Of a stretch of 64,000 nt of DNA, positions 50,291 through 63,733 are shown one piece after another (the first letter of the stretch is position 1; each line of letters begins with the position of its first letter). Under the pieces are notes generated by a model that searched no databases, was not told the origin of the DNA, and saw only the letters and a program-made list of their open reading frames with translations. A program made the position numbers and the translations under genes. Source of the stretch: Octopus vulgaris (lineage: Eukaryota); the NCBI GenBank assembly GCA_951406725.2, contig OX597839.1, positions 5,952,001 to 6,016,000 on the forward strand, written 5' to 3'.

Positions 50291-52050
50291 TTAAATGGAG
50301 GACCAAAGGGTTGGGGATACAAAGATATTGACTGTTTCATAATAATCCTGATGATGATGATAATGATGATGGTGAAGATAATGATGATGAGGATGATGAT
50401 GAGAAGGAGGAGGAGGAGGAGGAGGAGGAGAATGAAGATGATGACAATGATGATGGTGAAGATTATAACAATGATGATGATGATGAGGAGGAATAGAATG
50501 AAGATGATGACAATGATGGTCATCATGCTGATGATGATGACAATGAAGATGATGATGATGATGATGAAGATGATGATGATGAAGATGGTGATAAGGGCAA
50601 CACTGATGAATGATAACAATGGTGATGGTTGTAAAGAAGTTGACAGAGAAGATGGCCGTGATTATGATGATGATAACGACTACGATAATGATGCTGATGA
50701 TTAAAATGGCAATGATTATGGTGACAATGATGATAGCTGATGTCTAGCCTCAAGTCGATCAGAAAAATTTTACTCATATCCTATCCATCTTAAATCTTTT
50801 GATTTTGCCAGGAAGGCATATCTATGGATACGTTATCAGCAATACCATCTCCCATTTTTTTAAGACAATGGAGTATGACTTGAGGGAGATGCAGGCTATT
50901 ATTTTTAGCAGATTAAATTGCCCTGTAGAGGCTCCCTCGTCTGTTCTGTCAATGATGGCAGCAGTGTTGGCAGAGATGTGCAAGAAAAAGAGATTTGTGG
51001 ATCAGGACTTTATGGTTAGAATAGGAACAAAAAAAATGAGGTTTAAGAGGCATAAATGCAGCAAAAGCAACCCCCTGGGGAATAGAACAAAATGGTGGAA
51101 GACGAGGGAGAAAATAAGAAAAAAGGGACTCCGAGGTGAAGGGGCCGAGGAACGTACAACAACAAAATTATCTCTACTTATATTGTAAATGGCTGCTAAT
51201 GGCATGAAGAATTTCCAAGGAAGAAGAATCTGTACCTTCACAGCAGAGGAACGAATCGAAGACATGATCCTAGTAGGGTAATGTAGGAATGGATTGGAAG
51301 AATGGCGAGATAGGGAAGAGAAAAAAAAAAATGATATAGTGAGACGGAAGCAAGGGTTGGGGGAAGAATGTGTGTGTGTATGTGTGTGAAGGGACAGGAA
51401 ACAGTAAGGGGATGACTGCTTTATGGAGGGGAGTGTGGAGGGCTACATTCTTATATGTATCAGTTTTAGACACACACACACACACATAAAATAAAAAAAA
51501 AAAGAAACCTATACAAATGGAGAACAGTTTATAAAGATTGATTATAAGGATGATCGTGATGATGATGATGATAGTTTTGAAGTCCCACAAGATTTATGTC
51601 AAATGTAGAGAATCATAAAATGATAAAATGAATTTGTTCCTTTCTGTCTTCCAATCATCCGCAAAACGCACACAAACACTTTATATTGCACACCCACTCC
51701 ACATACACACACAAAAACACTTTACAACACACACACACACACACATTTTGAACCCACATACATAAACTAATTCTTTTTAGCTCTGTCTTCTTATTAAAGT
51801 ATCCTGTAAGTCTGTGAGGATTCACTGGAAAAACTGGTCCACTTGGGAATGAAATCTCAAAAAAAATAACAATCACATCATTTATACTACTACTACTACT
51901 ACTAGTAATAATAATAATAATAATAATGATGATGATGATGATGATAGTAATAATAATAATGATAATAAGGATAATGATGATGATGATGATAGTAATAATA
52001 ATAATAACATTGAAGCAGGGGAGGAAAAAAAGAGAATAAACGGAACATAC

Positions 52051-52131
52051 CTATTTGCCTCCCTTCTGCCCCTACCCCCCACCCCACCCCCGCCACTTCC
52101 CATCCCTTCCACGACTCTCCAGAAAAAGAAT
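52051..52131 (-). CDS. Candidate 81-nt Gly/Trp-rich cassette exon (phase 1-1)
   Basis: gttcag|AT...ATAG|gtatgt; open frame xSFSGESWKGWEVAGVGWGVGAEGRQI; acceptor tract is weak. Confidence 0.25.
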
Positions 52132-52217
52132 CTGAACTGACTTCAAAATAACTCAATATAGCATTAGATTGACATTTGAATTATAACCTGCTTTACACAG
52201 ATGACATTAGTTAACTA

Positions 52218-52249
<32 letters not shown>

Positions 52250-52644
52250 GTTTGTGTGTGTATTTATACACAGATGACAGCTAACTAGTCTGTACATGTC
52301 TGTGTGTTTGTGCGTATATGTGTATATATTTAGGGGACATGTGTATGTATGCCTGCGTATGTGTGTATGTGTATGTTTGCACACAGATTTATATATGCAT
52401 GTGTGTCTATACATACATGCATACATATACATATATAAAACTGTCATCTTTGTATGTATGTATATGTATTTCCATATAACTGTCATCTGGATGTGTGTGT
52501 GTATATATATATCAATATATATATACACACACATGCAGAGAATACATATATACACAGATAGCAGTTAATGGGCATGTGTTACATGGGTGTATATGAGTGA
52601 GTATATGTATGTAAACACACAGATCTATATATGCATATGTGAGT

Positions 52645-52677
<33 letters not shown>

Positions 52678-52791
52678 CTTTGTATGCATGTATATGTATG
52701 CATCTATAACTGTCATCAGTATATGACAATATATATGTGTGTGATATACACATATATGATATATACATACATACAGATAGTAGTTAACTAG

Positions 52792-52825
<34 letters not shown>

Positions 52826-53585
52826 GTGTGGGTGTGTATGTGTGTGTAAATATACATACACAGCATTGATTCCTTATTGTTCTTCTCTTTTCCCTCCCAC
52901 CGCTCTTAAAATGTGGGAGTGTATGTGAATCAGTGAATGTGTGTGTGTGTGTATGTGGAAGGGAGGGGGGTTAGTAAAAAAGGTCAAAGGAATTACAGTG
53001 CTTTCCATCCAAGATTGTCAAAAAATCTGTACCCAAAAACACATACACATACACACACACACAGACACACACTCACACACACTTGCACACCCAGAGACAA
53101 AAATCAAATGTCAATCAAGAGATATGACTAAAGAACTAAAAAGCAATAATAATAATAATAATAATGGTAATAATAATAATAATAATGGTAATAATAATAA
53201 TAATAATGGTAATAACAATAGAAATAATAGAAATAATAACCATTTATATGACATTGGCATAATGCCAGAAATCATCTGTAAATGGGAGGATATCGAAATT
53301 CCATACCTACCCCACCTGTGTCCCCAAATACCCAAGGGTGTAACTGTCCTGGTACTTATTTCATCAAACCGAGAGAGAAGAGAGAGAGAAAAAAAGGCAA
53401 AGTTTATCTGGGTGACTTTTTTTTTTTTTTTCGTTTGTTTTGCATTTGAAATGCTTAACCAGAGAAGGTTCAAAGCAGTAACTGTAAAAGGGTTCTTCTT
53501 TCCAAGGGTGCATCTGGTGGCAGGGAGGGAGGGAGGGAGAAAAATAGCCAATAGAAGGGCGGAGGAAAAAAATCCAGGCCAGAAT

Positions 53586-53899
53586 ACTCTTTTACTCTTT
53601 TACTCGTTTCAGTCATTTGACTGCGGTCATGCTGGAGCACCGCCTTTAGTTGAGCAAATCGACCCCGGGAATTATTCTTTGTAAGCCCAGTACTTATTCT
53701 ATTGGTCTCTTTTGCCGAACCGCTAAGTGACGGAGACGTAAACACACCAGCATCGGTTGTCAAGCAATGCTAGGGAGACAAACACATACATATATATATA
53801 CATATATACGACAGGCTTCTTTCAGTTTCCGTCTACCAAATCCACTCACAAGGCATTGGTCGGCCCAGGGCTATAGCAGAAGACACTTGCCCAAGATGC
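53586..53899 (-). mobile_element. SINE family A, 5'-truncated
   Basis: Reverse complement of family A body and tail. Confidence 0.85.
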
Positions 53900-53959
53900 A
53901 ACCTATTTACTTTTGCCTAACCCTTAAAATAAATTGGGAGACCTGTTGAGTCAAGTACG

Positions 53960-54290
53960 TCAACATCAAAATAAAAATTCAAATGGAAACTGTAGTTAAG
54001 GCACCCATGCCGGTGACACGTAAAAAGCACCGTCCGAACATGGCAGATACTAGCGTCGCCTGACTGGCGTCCGTGTCGGTGACACGTAAAAGCACCAACC
54101 AATCGTGGCTGTTTGCCAGAATATTCTGGCCCCTGTGCCGGTGGCACATAAAAAACACCCACTACACTCACGGAGTGGTTGGCGTTAGGAAGGGCATCCA
54201 GCTGTGGAAACACTGCCAAATCAGACTAGATCCTGGTGCAGCCTCCATGGCTTACCAGACCCTGGTCGAACCGTCCGACCCATGCTACTG
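53960..54290 (+). mobile_element. Repeat family B with its 5' region
   Basis: Modules and conserved block; leader resembles 6975-7030. Confidence 0.8.
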
Positions 54291-54547
54291 CCCAACTACA
54301 GTCAAATTATCCAACTTGTGCTAGCAGTTAAAGAAACGATGGTGACAATAACGATGATAATAATAATAATAATAATAATAATTGTGTACAGTGCTCAGGT
54401 GCACTACAACTCATCTAAAGTGTATATATAATCAGGTGTAGTTTCGGCAGATTTCGGAAAGCATGAGGGCCTTAAAGGATGCAGTGTCATGGTAGTCAAC
54501 AACTGATGCAGGGCCACTGCGTGACACCTTGGGAAGGTGTCTTCTAC

Positions 54548-54578
<31 letters not shown>

Positions 54579-55279
54579 TTATGATGATGATGATGATCGT
54601 TGTTATAACTATCTTCCTTATTGTTGTCATCACTATCGTCGACACTGGCAGCATTTTATGTCTGGTTTTCCATTCTGTCATGGCTAACACAGGAGTTTTT
54701 TCAGTCAGTGTTTGTTTAAGGTGGGAAGTCTTTCCTGTTGACAACTCAAAAAGTCACTTTTAATGACATACAGGGTTTCAGTGCATGTACTTAAAACTGA
54801 TCTCAACCTCATGATTGATTGATATGTATTGATCCTTGATAGAAAAAAACACAAAGATCAAGGTTATAGATTGACTCTAAACCACCAATATTGATTGGTA
54901 TGTATTGGTCTTTCTTTGATAGAAGAAAAACAAAGATCAAGGCTGCAGATTAAGACTCAACTCTAGTATTGATTGTTATGCATTGATCCTTGATAAATTA
55001 AAGACAAAGATCAATTAATTCAACCCCCAATACTTGATTCATATATATTGATCTTTGATAGATGAAAGCCAAAAATCACTAATAGAAAGGGTATTAATCA
55101 CAGAAATTGAATGATATTCTACTAATTTTGGACAGAAAAGAAAAGAAAAAAAATAAAGGTGAAAATGACACTAGCAGGGTTTTTAATTCAGAGTATTTAG
55201 GGAGATAACTAAGCCTTCTAGATCACAGATTGTTGCTGCTAAGACCCTATGGAGCCATCATCTGCTTGGTGCCTCTAAT

Positions 55280-55457
55280 CATCATCATCATCATCATCAT
55301 CGTTTAACGTCCGCTTTCCATGCTAGCATGTGTTGGACAATTTTGACTGAGGGCTGGCGAACCAGATGGCTGCACCAGGCTCCAATCTTGATTTGGCAGA
55401 GCTTCTACTACTGGATGCCATTCCAAACGCCAACCACTCCGAGAGTGTAGTGAGTGC
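55280..55457 (-). mobile_element. Repeat family B, truncated
   Basis: Tail and conserved block on minus. Confidence 0.82.
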
Positions 55458-55839
55458 TAAAAACCCCATTGGAGTTTCTGAATGCCGTGCACTTGAACTC
55501 AAAACACAGTTACAAGCAAAATACTAAGCATTTCAACCAGCATGCTAACGCTTCGGTCAGCTTTTCACCTTACTTAATAATAACAATAATTATAATAATA
55601 ATGGACCAATAAATCAAATTTAAATGAAATTAACACTTTCATCCATAAAAATACTTGTGTGTATATGTGGGTATATAAACACGCAAATGCATAGACTATA
55701 CATTTCTGTCGCCATGCATACACACCTAAGTAACTTTCTATGCATGTACATATACACATACATTTATAGTTATTGTCACACATGCACACACATATATGCA
55801 GACATACAAACATACCTACACATACTTTCATGTGTGTAC

Positions 55840-55888
<49 letters not shown>

Positions 55889-55901
55889 GGCAGGTGTACA
55901 T

Positions 55902-55948
<47 letters not shown>

Positions 55949-55957
55949 GGTGTACAT

Positions 55958-55989
<32 letters not shown>

Positions 55990-56098
55990 GCAGGTGTACA
56001 TATACATATATATATATATATATATACATATATGATGATGTACACCTATATATATATATATATATATGTACATGATGATGATGATGATGTACACCTGC

Positions 56099-56139
<41 letters not shown>

Positions 56140-56305
56140 CTTTTATGCATGCAAGCATGTCTGTGCAAGCAGTAAATGGCCAAAATATGGTAACACTTGT
56201 TTCCTTGGTTTCAGCCGCCCCTTGGCTCTTTCTGAAAGCTTTGGATTTTGGAAATGGTTCTCATTCCCCACAGAATTCTTGCAGAACAATCAAAGTCTCA
56301 ATTAC

Positions 56306-56395
56306 AACAGTTTATGCTAATTCTGACATCCTGAAAATCTGGCAGCAGATTCTTGGCAGCGGATTCTATCAAGAATGATCCAAGACCACGGGCTG
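56306..56395 (-). CDS. Candidate 90-nt cassette (or terminal) exon, xARGLGSFLIESAAKNLLPDFQDVRISINC
   Basis: Long CT tract + ctgacag|CAG (NAGNAG); phase-1 frame open to weak donor T|gtaatt, or to TGA at 56298-56300. Confidence 0.3.
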
Positions 56396-56648
56396 CTGTC
56401 AGTGGAAGAATGAGGGAAGAGCAAGAGAGAGAGAGAGAGAGAGAGGGGAGGGAAAGAGTCTGCATATTCAGTAGAGAGAGTATGTGTGTGTGAGAGAAAG
56501 AGAAAGAGAAAGGGGTGGGGCTTCTAGAATGAAAAATTTCCAAGAAGTCATGGAAAATATAATGTGTTAGAGTGGAAAGGTTGTTGAGTGAATGAAGAAA
56601 AAGGAGGTAGTTTCAATCTGTGACTGTGCTTGCATGTGTATGTCTGTC

Positions 56649-56683
<35 letters not shown>

Positions 56684-57100
56684 TCCATATATAGATATAT
56701 ATATACATACACATACATACATAGATATATATACATATATATATACACATACATAGATATTTATATACACACACACATGCATACATATATATATATAGAT
56801 ATATACATACATACATACATACATGTATATACATACATATATATACATACACACATACATATATATACACACTCACACATACATAGATATATATACACAC
56901 TCACACATACATACATAGATATATATACACACACACATGCATACATAGATATATATACACACACACATACACACACATATATATACACACATAGATATAT
57001 ACGCACATACACATACTTATATATATATGCACACACACACACACGTGTATCCATACATGTATGTATTTGTTTGTATGGATGTATGGGAGTATACATACAT

Positions 57101-57144
<44 letters not shown>

Positions 57145-58220
57145 ATTTATATATATATATATATCCTACATTGAGTAATGCATGAAAAGGACACGGTAAA
57201 TAATATTCCTAAAAAATAGCAGAGAGAGCGAGAGAGAGGACGGGAGAGAGGGAGCAGGGGAGAGAATCACAGTTGATATATTACCGAACGGATTGCTCCA
57301 AACCTCCAAAGACAGCGGCTAGGGTCGGTCGGTCGGTCGGTCGGTCGGTCATATATAATTTTTTATTTTATTTCATCTTGTTTTTATTTTGTTCTATTTA
57401 TTTATTTCATATTTTTTTTGAGTTCTGGTTGCAAAGATGAATGGATGGATATGCAGAGGAGGAGAAGGAAGTTGAGGGGGTAGAAGCAATTATATTTAAA
57501 ATTCCTTCTTCCTCCACAAAACTCCTGCCAAAATATCCTTCCTCCTCACCACCACCACCACCACTGTTCAGCCACCAATAAAGTATAATTCAAACAACAA
57601 CAACAATGTTGGTTCTGATTGACATGAAATTCTGGTATACCATTTTTTTGTTTATTTTTTTAAATAAAATCTGTGTCACAAAATTTTTCTGTTTTTTGCA
57701 TTTTTCTTCTTTGGAGGTGGGGGGGGGGGCATGATTTTTTTTGATTTTTTTTTTACCTCGTTTTGGAGATTTTTTTTTTAAATATTTTTTCTTTTGTTTT
57801 TGTTGTTGCATTTCTTCATTAAATTAGCAATGCCATTTAACTAATTCCCTACTTCCACTCCTTGCCCTCCCCCCCCCCCCACCAAGGCCATCATAACTTT
57901 ATTTATTAACATATATTTCTATTTCACTGGAAGGAAGAAAGAAGTAAAAACAAAAATAAAATCAGGAAAACTGCAAAATAAAAAAATAAATGAAAATAAA
58001 AAAATAAATGAAAATAAAAAAATAAAATCTAAACAAAAATAAATAGAAGAAATTTGACACAATTACACAGATTTTATTGATGTCCCCATTGTAGATTAAC
58101 CCTAAGTTATACTTAATCCAGCAAGCCTGTCTATGATCAAAGGCATTCCAATTGAGGCCATCCTGTCTGTTTCCTACCAGCAAGGAACATAGGGCTATAT
58201 ATTTCAATGCGTTTTCTTCT

Positions 58221-58510
58221 TACTCTTTACTCTACTTGTTTCAGTCATTTGACTGTGGCCGTGCTGGAGCACCGTCTTTAGTCGAGCAAATCGACCCCAG
58301 GACTTATTCTGTGTAAGCCTACTACTTATTCTATCGGTCTTTTTTGCCAAACCACTAAGTTACTGGGACGTAAACACACCAGCACCGGTTGTCAAGCGAT
58401 GTTGGGGAGACAAACACAGACACACACACATATATATATATACATATATATGACGGGCTTCTTTCAGGCTTTGGTTGGCCTGAGGCTATAGGAGAAGACA
58501 CTTGCCCAAG
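58221..58510 (-). mobile_element. SINE family A, truncated
   Basis: Family A tail and body on minus. Confidence 0.8.
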
Positions 58511-58514
58511 GACT

Positions 58515-58897
58515 CATGGTGCCATGTATTAAGCCCCTTTGCCAGTGCCACATGAAGGCACTCATTCTGATGCCATGTATTAAGCATCTGCATCAGGGCC
58601 ACATCCGTGTTGATCGCACATATAAGTCACCTGTGCTGGTGTCACGTATTAAGCACCCATATCAGTGTCATGTAAAAGTGTGTTGGAGCCATATATTTAC
58701 CCCTTGTGCCAGTACCACGTAAAAAGCACCCAGTACACTCTGTAGAGTGGTAGGCATTAGGATGGGCATTTAGGAGTAGAAAGCATGTCAAAACAGAGGC
58801 ATTGGTGCCTGGACAGCTGTCCAGTTGGTCAGCTCCTGTCAAGCCATTCAACTCATGCCAGCATGGAAAACAGATGTTAGATGATGATGATGATGAT
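58515..58897 (+). mobile_element. Repeat family B, diverged, many internal modules
   Basis: Degenerate tgccatgtattaagcacc modules, then block and tail. Confidence 0.72.
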
Positions 58898-59091
58898 ATC
58901 TGGCTCTGGGGAAATATTACCTTGCTTGGAAACAGGTAAGTTTCGAAACAAGAAGGGCATGCAGCTGTAGAAAATCTCCCTCAATAAACGCCATCTGACA
59001 CATAAATGCATGGAAGAAGGGACCTTAAAATCATGATGAGCATCATCATGATCTAACTACCTAAATGGTATGGGAGAGGAATGGTATGGGT

Positions 59092-59322
59092 GGCAGCGAG
59101 CTGGCAGAAACGTTAGCACGCCGGGCGAAATGCGTAGCCATATTTCCTCTACCGCTACGTTCTGAGTTCAAATTCCGCCAAGGTCGACTTTGCCTTTCAT
59201 CCTTTCGGGGTCAATAAATAAAGTACCAGTTACGCACTAGGGTCGATGTAATCGACTTAATCCGTTTGTCTGCTCTTGTTTGTCCCCTCTGTGTTTAGCC
59301 CCTTGTGGGTAGTACAGAAATA
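59092..59322 (+). mobile_element. SINE family D, single full copy
   Basis: Same head and body; short TSD-like ggtatggg on both sides. Confidence 0.88.
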
Positions 59323-59699
59323 GGTATGGGAAAGGAACAAAAAAAGGAAGGAAAAAATAGGTGTGGAATGAAGATGAAACACAGCACATGAAACAATTTG
59401 TGTCAATTAAGATATTTCAAAAGAAGGAAAACAACAGCCCCTGCCCTCACTACAAAAAATAAAAAATAAATGGGGGCAATTAATATCAATAAAATGAAAG
59501 AAGACCCCAGAAACTGAGGATGCCAACATTAAAAACTGTTTACCTACATACGTTATTCTAAATCATTTCAACAATCACCAAGACTACCACCACCACTACA
59601 TTCACAAATTTTCCTACAACCAGCACCACCACCACCACCACCACCACACTTTGCCAGTACTAACAAACTTTATTAATTCCAGGTAACAAATCATTACCA

Positions 59700-60560
59700 G
59701 ACAGTAATAATAGTAGTGACTATGGTGATGATGGAGGTGGTGGTGGTGGTACTAGAATAGGTGTTGGTAGTAGTGTTGTTGTTGTTGGTGGTGGTGGTTG
59801 TAGTAGTAGTAGTTGTAATGGAACTTGCAAAGGTGGTGGTAGCAGTAGTAATAACAGTAGTGGCAGTAGTAGAGGTGGTTGTAGTACTTGGAGTGGTTGT
59901 GGTACTAGCAGATGTGGTGGTGGTAGTAATAGTAGTAGTGACTGGTGATGGTGGTGGTGGTACTAGAATAGGTGTTGGTAGTAGTGTTGGTGGTAGTGGT
60001 GGTGGTGGTACTAGAATAGGTGTTGGTAGTAGTGTTGGTGGTGGTGGTGGTTGTAGTAGTAGTAGTTGTAATGGAACTTGCAAAGGTGGTGGTAGCAGTG
60101 GTAATAACAGTAGTGGCAGTAGTAGAGGTGGTTGTAGTACTTGGAGTGGTTGTGGTACTAGCAGATGTGGTGGTGGTAGTAATAGTAGTAGTGACTGGTG
60201 ATGGTGGTGGTGGTGGTAGTAGAATAGGTGTTGGTAGTAGCGTTGGTGGTGGTGGTAGTAGTAGTTGTAATGGAACTTGCAAAGGTGGTGGTAGCAGTAG
60301 TAATAACAGTAGTGGCAGTAGTAGAGGTGGTTGTAGTACTAGGAGTGGTTGTGGTACTAGCAGATGTGGTGGTGGTAGTAGTAGTAGTGATTGTAGTGAT
60401 GATATTAGTGTTAGAAGTAGTGGTACTAGCAGAGAGGTTGTATTAGTAGTGATGGTTGCAGTTGTCAAAGTGGTGGTAGTGGAGTTAGTGGGAGTAGTAG
60501 TAGCTGTAGTAGTAGTGGGGGTGGTGGTGATAGGTACAGTAACAGTAGTAGTAACAACAA
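59700..60560. repeat. GGT/AGT low-complexity region with a higher-order ~210-260-bp unit repeated three times
   Basis: Marker gttgtaatggaacttgcaaagg near 59812, 60066, 60265. Confidence 0.9.
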
Positions 60561-60739
60561 CAATAAGAGAAATAATAACAATAACAATTTTACAGACAAA
60601 AAAAAAGAGCAAAAAATGCTATGCTAAAACAAAACTGTCAGTGTTGGATTCCTGAAAAATATCTTAAAAGAAAATGGGACCCACCCATCCAACCACCCCT
60701 AAATACTCCTTCCTTCACCAAAACAATAATAATAATAAT

Positions 60740-61528
60740 AAGAAGAAGACAACGAAGAAGAAAAAGATGAAGCAGAAGAAGAAAAAGAAGACGAAGAAAA
60801 AGAAGAAGAAGAAAAAGAAGATGAAGACGAAGAAAAAGAAGATGAAGAAGAAGAAAAAGAAGACAAAGAAGAAAAAGAAGATGAAGAAGAAGACGAAGGA
60901 GAAGAGAAGACGAAGAAGAAGAAGACGCAGAAGAAGAAGAAGACGAAGGAGAAGAGAAGGAGAAGAAGAAGACGAAGAAGAAGTCGAAGAAGACGAAAAA
61001 GAAGGAGAAGAAGAAGAAGACGAAAAAGAAGAAGACAAAGAAGAAGAGAAGACGAAGGTGAAGAAGAAGAAGTCGAAGAAGAGAAAGAAGACGAAGAAAA
61101 AAGAAGACGCAGAAGAAGAAGAAGACGAAGGAGAAGAAGAAGGAGAAGAAGACGAAAAAGAAGAAGAAGAAGAGAAGACGAAGGTGAAGAAGAGAAAGAA
61201 GACGAAGAAAAAAGAAGACGCAGAAGAAGAAGAAGACGAAGGAGAAGAGAAGGAGAAGAAGACGAAGAAGAAGAGAAGACGAAGGTGAAGAAGAAGAAGT
61301 CGAAGAAGAGAAAGAAGACGAAGAAAAAAGAAGACGCAGAAGAAGAAGAAGACGAAGGAGAAGAGAAGGAGAAGAAGAAGACGAAGAAGAAGAGAAAGAC
61401 GAAGAAAAAGAAGACAAAGAAGAAGACGAAGGAGAAGAGAAGGAGAAGAGAAAGAAGACGAAGACGAAGAAGAAAAAGAAGACGAAGGAGAAGAGAAGAA
61501 GAAGAAGACGAAGGAGAAGAAGAAGAAA
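60740..61528. repeat. (GAA)n-type polypurine tract with internal higher-order repeats
   Basis: ~790 bp almost without T on the + strand; the long ORFs here are compositional artefacts. Confidence 0.93.
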
Positions 61529-62149
61529 GTAAAATATCTCCAAAGTTTGAATCTCTTTAACAGCTTCATAACATAAAAGACGTTTTGTAATCAATACGTT
61601 TGTAACAAATCCTAGTAAATCCCTTTGCTGTCATTTATAACCACAACAAGGCAGCTAGAAATAACAACCAAATTTCTGTAAACATACCCTAGCATCTTGA
61701 AAGCAAAAAGCAACAAAAATATAAAGGGGCCCATTGTATAATGCATGATGTATGCAACATGGATAAATTTTTATCAGAAATATATTATAAGGGAGTTGAA
61801 AAAGTTTTATCAAAGTGAGATTATCCATGCAATTAGTAGATATAAACTCCCTTTAGGATAAGCACAGTCAACCTTTTTTTAGAAGTAGGCTGCATGAGTC
61901 ATGGCTTGGCATGGCATCAGGTGGGTTGTGCTACTAAAAGAATTCAGGGTCATTTCTTTGTTAGATGTACGATTCTGAAAGTTCCATGGACCACATGAAG
62001 CCCGAGGGCTGCAGCATGGCCATGACTACTTTAGGGGGTTACCTGCTTAAACCTCAATCAATATATAAATCGCAGGCATAGCTATGTTTTAAGGATCTTA
62101 CTTCCCAACTACATGGGAAACAAGTTCCCCGAAGTCCCTGATTGCCTGA

Positions 62150-62462
62150 GGTGCCACACAGTGGGTTTGGTCCCACAGCATGGCACATCAGGCAAGTGTC
62201 TTCAACTAGAGCCTCGGGCTGATCAAAGCCTTGTGACCGGATTTGGTAGATGGAAACTGAAAGAAGCCCCATGTGTGTGGTTCTTTATGTCTGTGTCCCC
62301 CCACCAGTGTTTGACAACCGGTGTTGGTGTGTTTACATCCCCCATAACTTAGCTAAACGGAAGAGACCAATAGAATAAGTACCAGGGTTGATTCATTCAA
62401 CTGAAAATTCTTCAGGACAGTGCCCCAGCATGGCCACAGTCTAATGACTGAGAGAAGCAAAA
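62150..62462 (+). mobile_element. SINE family A, diverged
   Basis: Family A core and tail recognisable. Confidence 0.72.
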
Positions 62463-63002
62463 GGCAAGAAAGATAAAACCACCCCACAGCAAAGGAAATA
62501 GCTCCAGACATATCAGCTAAGGATGTTTATAACCAAAACACCTTTGATCATAGGTCTATCCAGTAAGAGAAAACCTTGGGCTAAATTACATCACCATCAT
62601 CATTACAGCTACTATTATTACCATAACTATCACCCCTACCACCATCACCATCATCATCACTTCTACAAAAATTCTTCAGTTTGTTTTCTTTTAGCTTGTG
62701 TTTACATTTCCATTACGATTACTTCGTTAGCGCTACTGCCATAATAGATATCATTGTGCCTGTTAATTAGGTAACTCCCTACTAACATTACAGTCCATGT
62801 AAACATACATACATACTGTACATACATATGTACGTGTGCGGAGGGAGGTGACACAGAGAGAGAGAGAGAGAGTTAGTAGATGTGTGTGTGGTTTGTATAT
62901 AGATGACTATGTATGTGGTGCACAAGTAATTGTGAATATACATGGTACGTGTAAAGAAAAATATGTGGAGTACTTGGGTGTGAGGGTGAGTATATTGTGC
63001 TG

Positions 63003-63733
63003 TGAGCTGGCAGAACCGTTAGCACACTGGGCGAAATGTATAGTCGTATTTCGTCTAGTCTGCCGTTACGTTCTGAGTTCAAATTCCGCCGAGGTCGACT
63101 TTGCCGTTTATCCTTTTTGGGGTCGATAAATTAAGTACCAGCTATGCACTGGGGTCGATGTAATCGACTTAATCCGTTTGTCTGTCCTTGTTTGTCCTCT
63201 CTGTGTTTAGTCCCTTGTGGGTAGTAAAGAAATAGGTATTTCGTCAGACTCTACGTTCTGAGTTAAAATTCCACCGAGGTCGACTTTGCCTTTCATCCTT
63301 TCGGGGTCGATAAATTAAGTACCAGTTTCGCACTGGGGTCGATGTAATCGACTTAATCCATTTGTCTGTCCTTGTTTCTCCTCTCTGTGTTTAACTCCTT
63401 GTGGGTAGTAAAGAAATAGGTATTTCGTCTGCCGTTACGTTCTGAGTTAAAATTCCACCGAGGTCGACTTTGCCTTTCATCCTTTCGGGGTCGATAAATT
63501 AAGTACCAGTTACGCACTGGGGTTGATGTAATCGACTTAATCCGTTTGTCTGTCCTTGTTTGTCCTCTCTGTGTTTAACCCCTTGTGGGTAGTAAAGAAA
63601 TAGGTAATTCGTCTGCCGTTATGTTCTGAGTTCAAATTCCGCCGAGGTCGACTTTGCCTTTCATCCTTTCGGGGTCGATAAATTAAGTCCCAGTTACGCA
63701 CTGGGGTTGATGTAATCGACTTAATCCATTTGT
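63003..63733 (+). repeat. SINE family D expanded into a tandem array of ~184-bp units (~3.7 copies)
   Basis: Unit starts (gtatttcgtc) near 63047, 63236, 63420, 63604. Confidence 0.9.

Noticed and set aside
52941-53684. 247-aa ORF on the + strand
   Set aside because: A mosaic of CA and AAT repeats and SINE fragments.
57285-57352. 34-nt exon-like unit after (gacc)7, with donor gtaata
   Set aside because: No pyrimidine tract at the acceptor and not frame-preserving.
59694-61594. Thr/Val/Gly-rich and Lys/Glu/Phe-rich ORFs up to 318 aa
   Set aside because: Trinucleotide low-complexity DNA, open in several frames on both strands.
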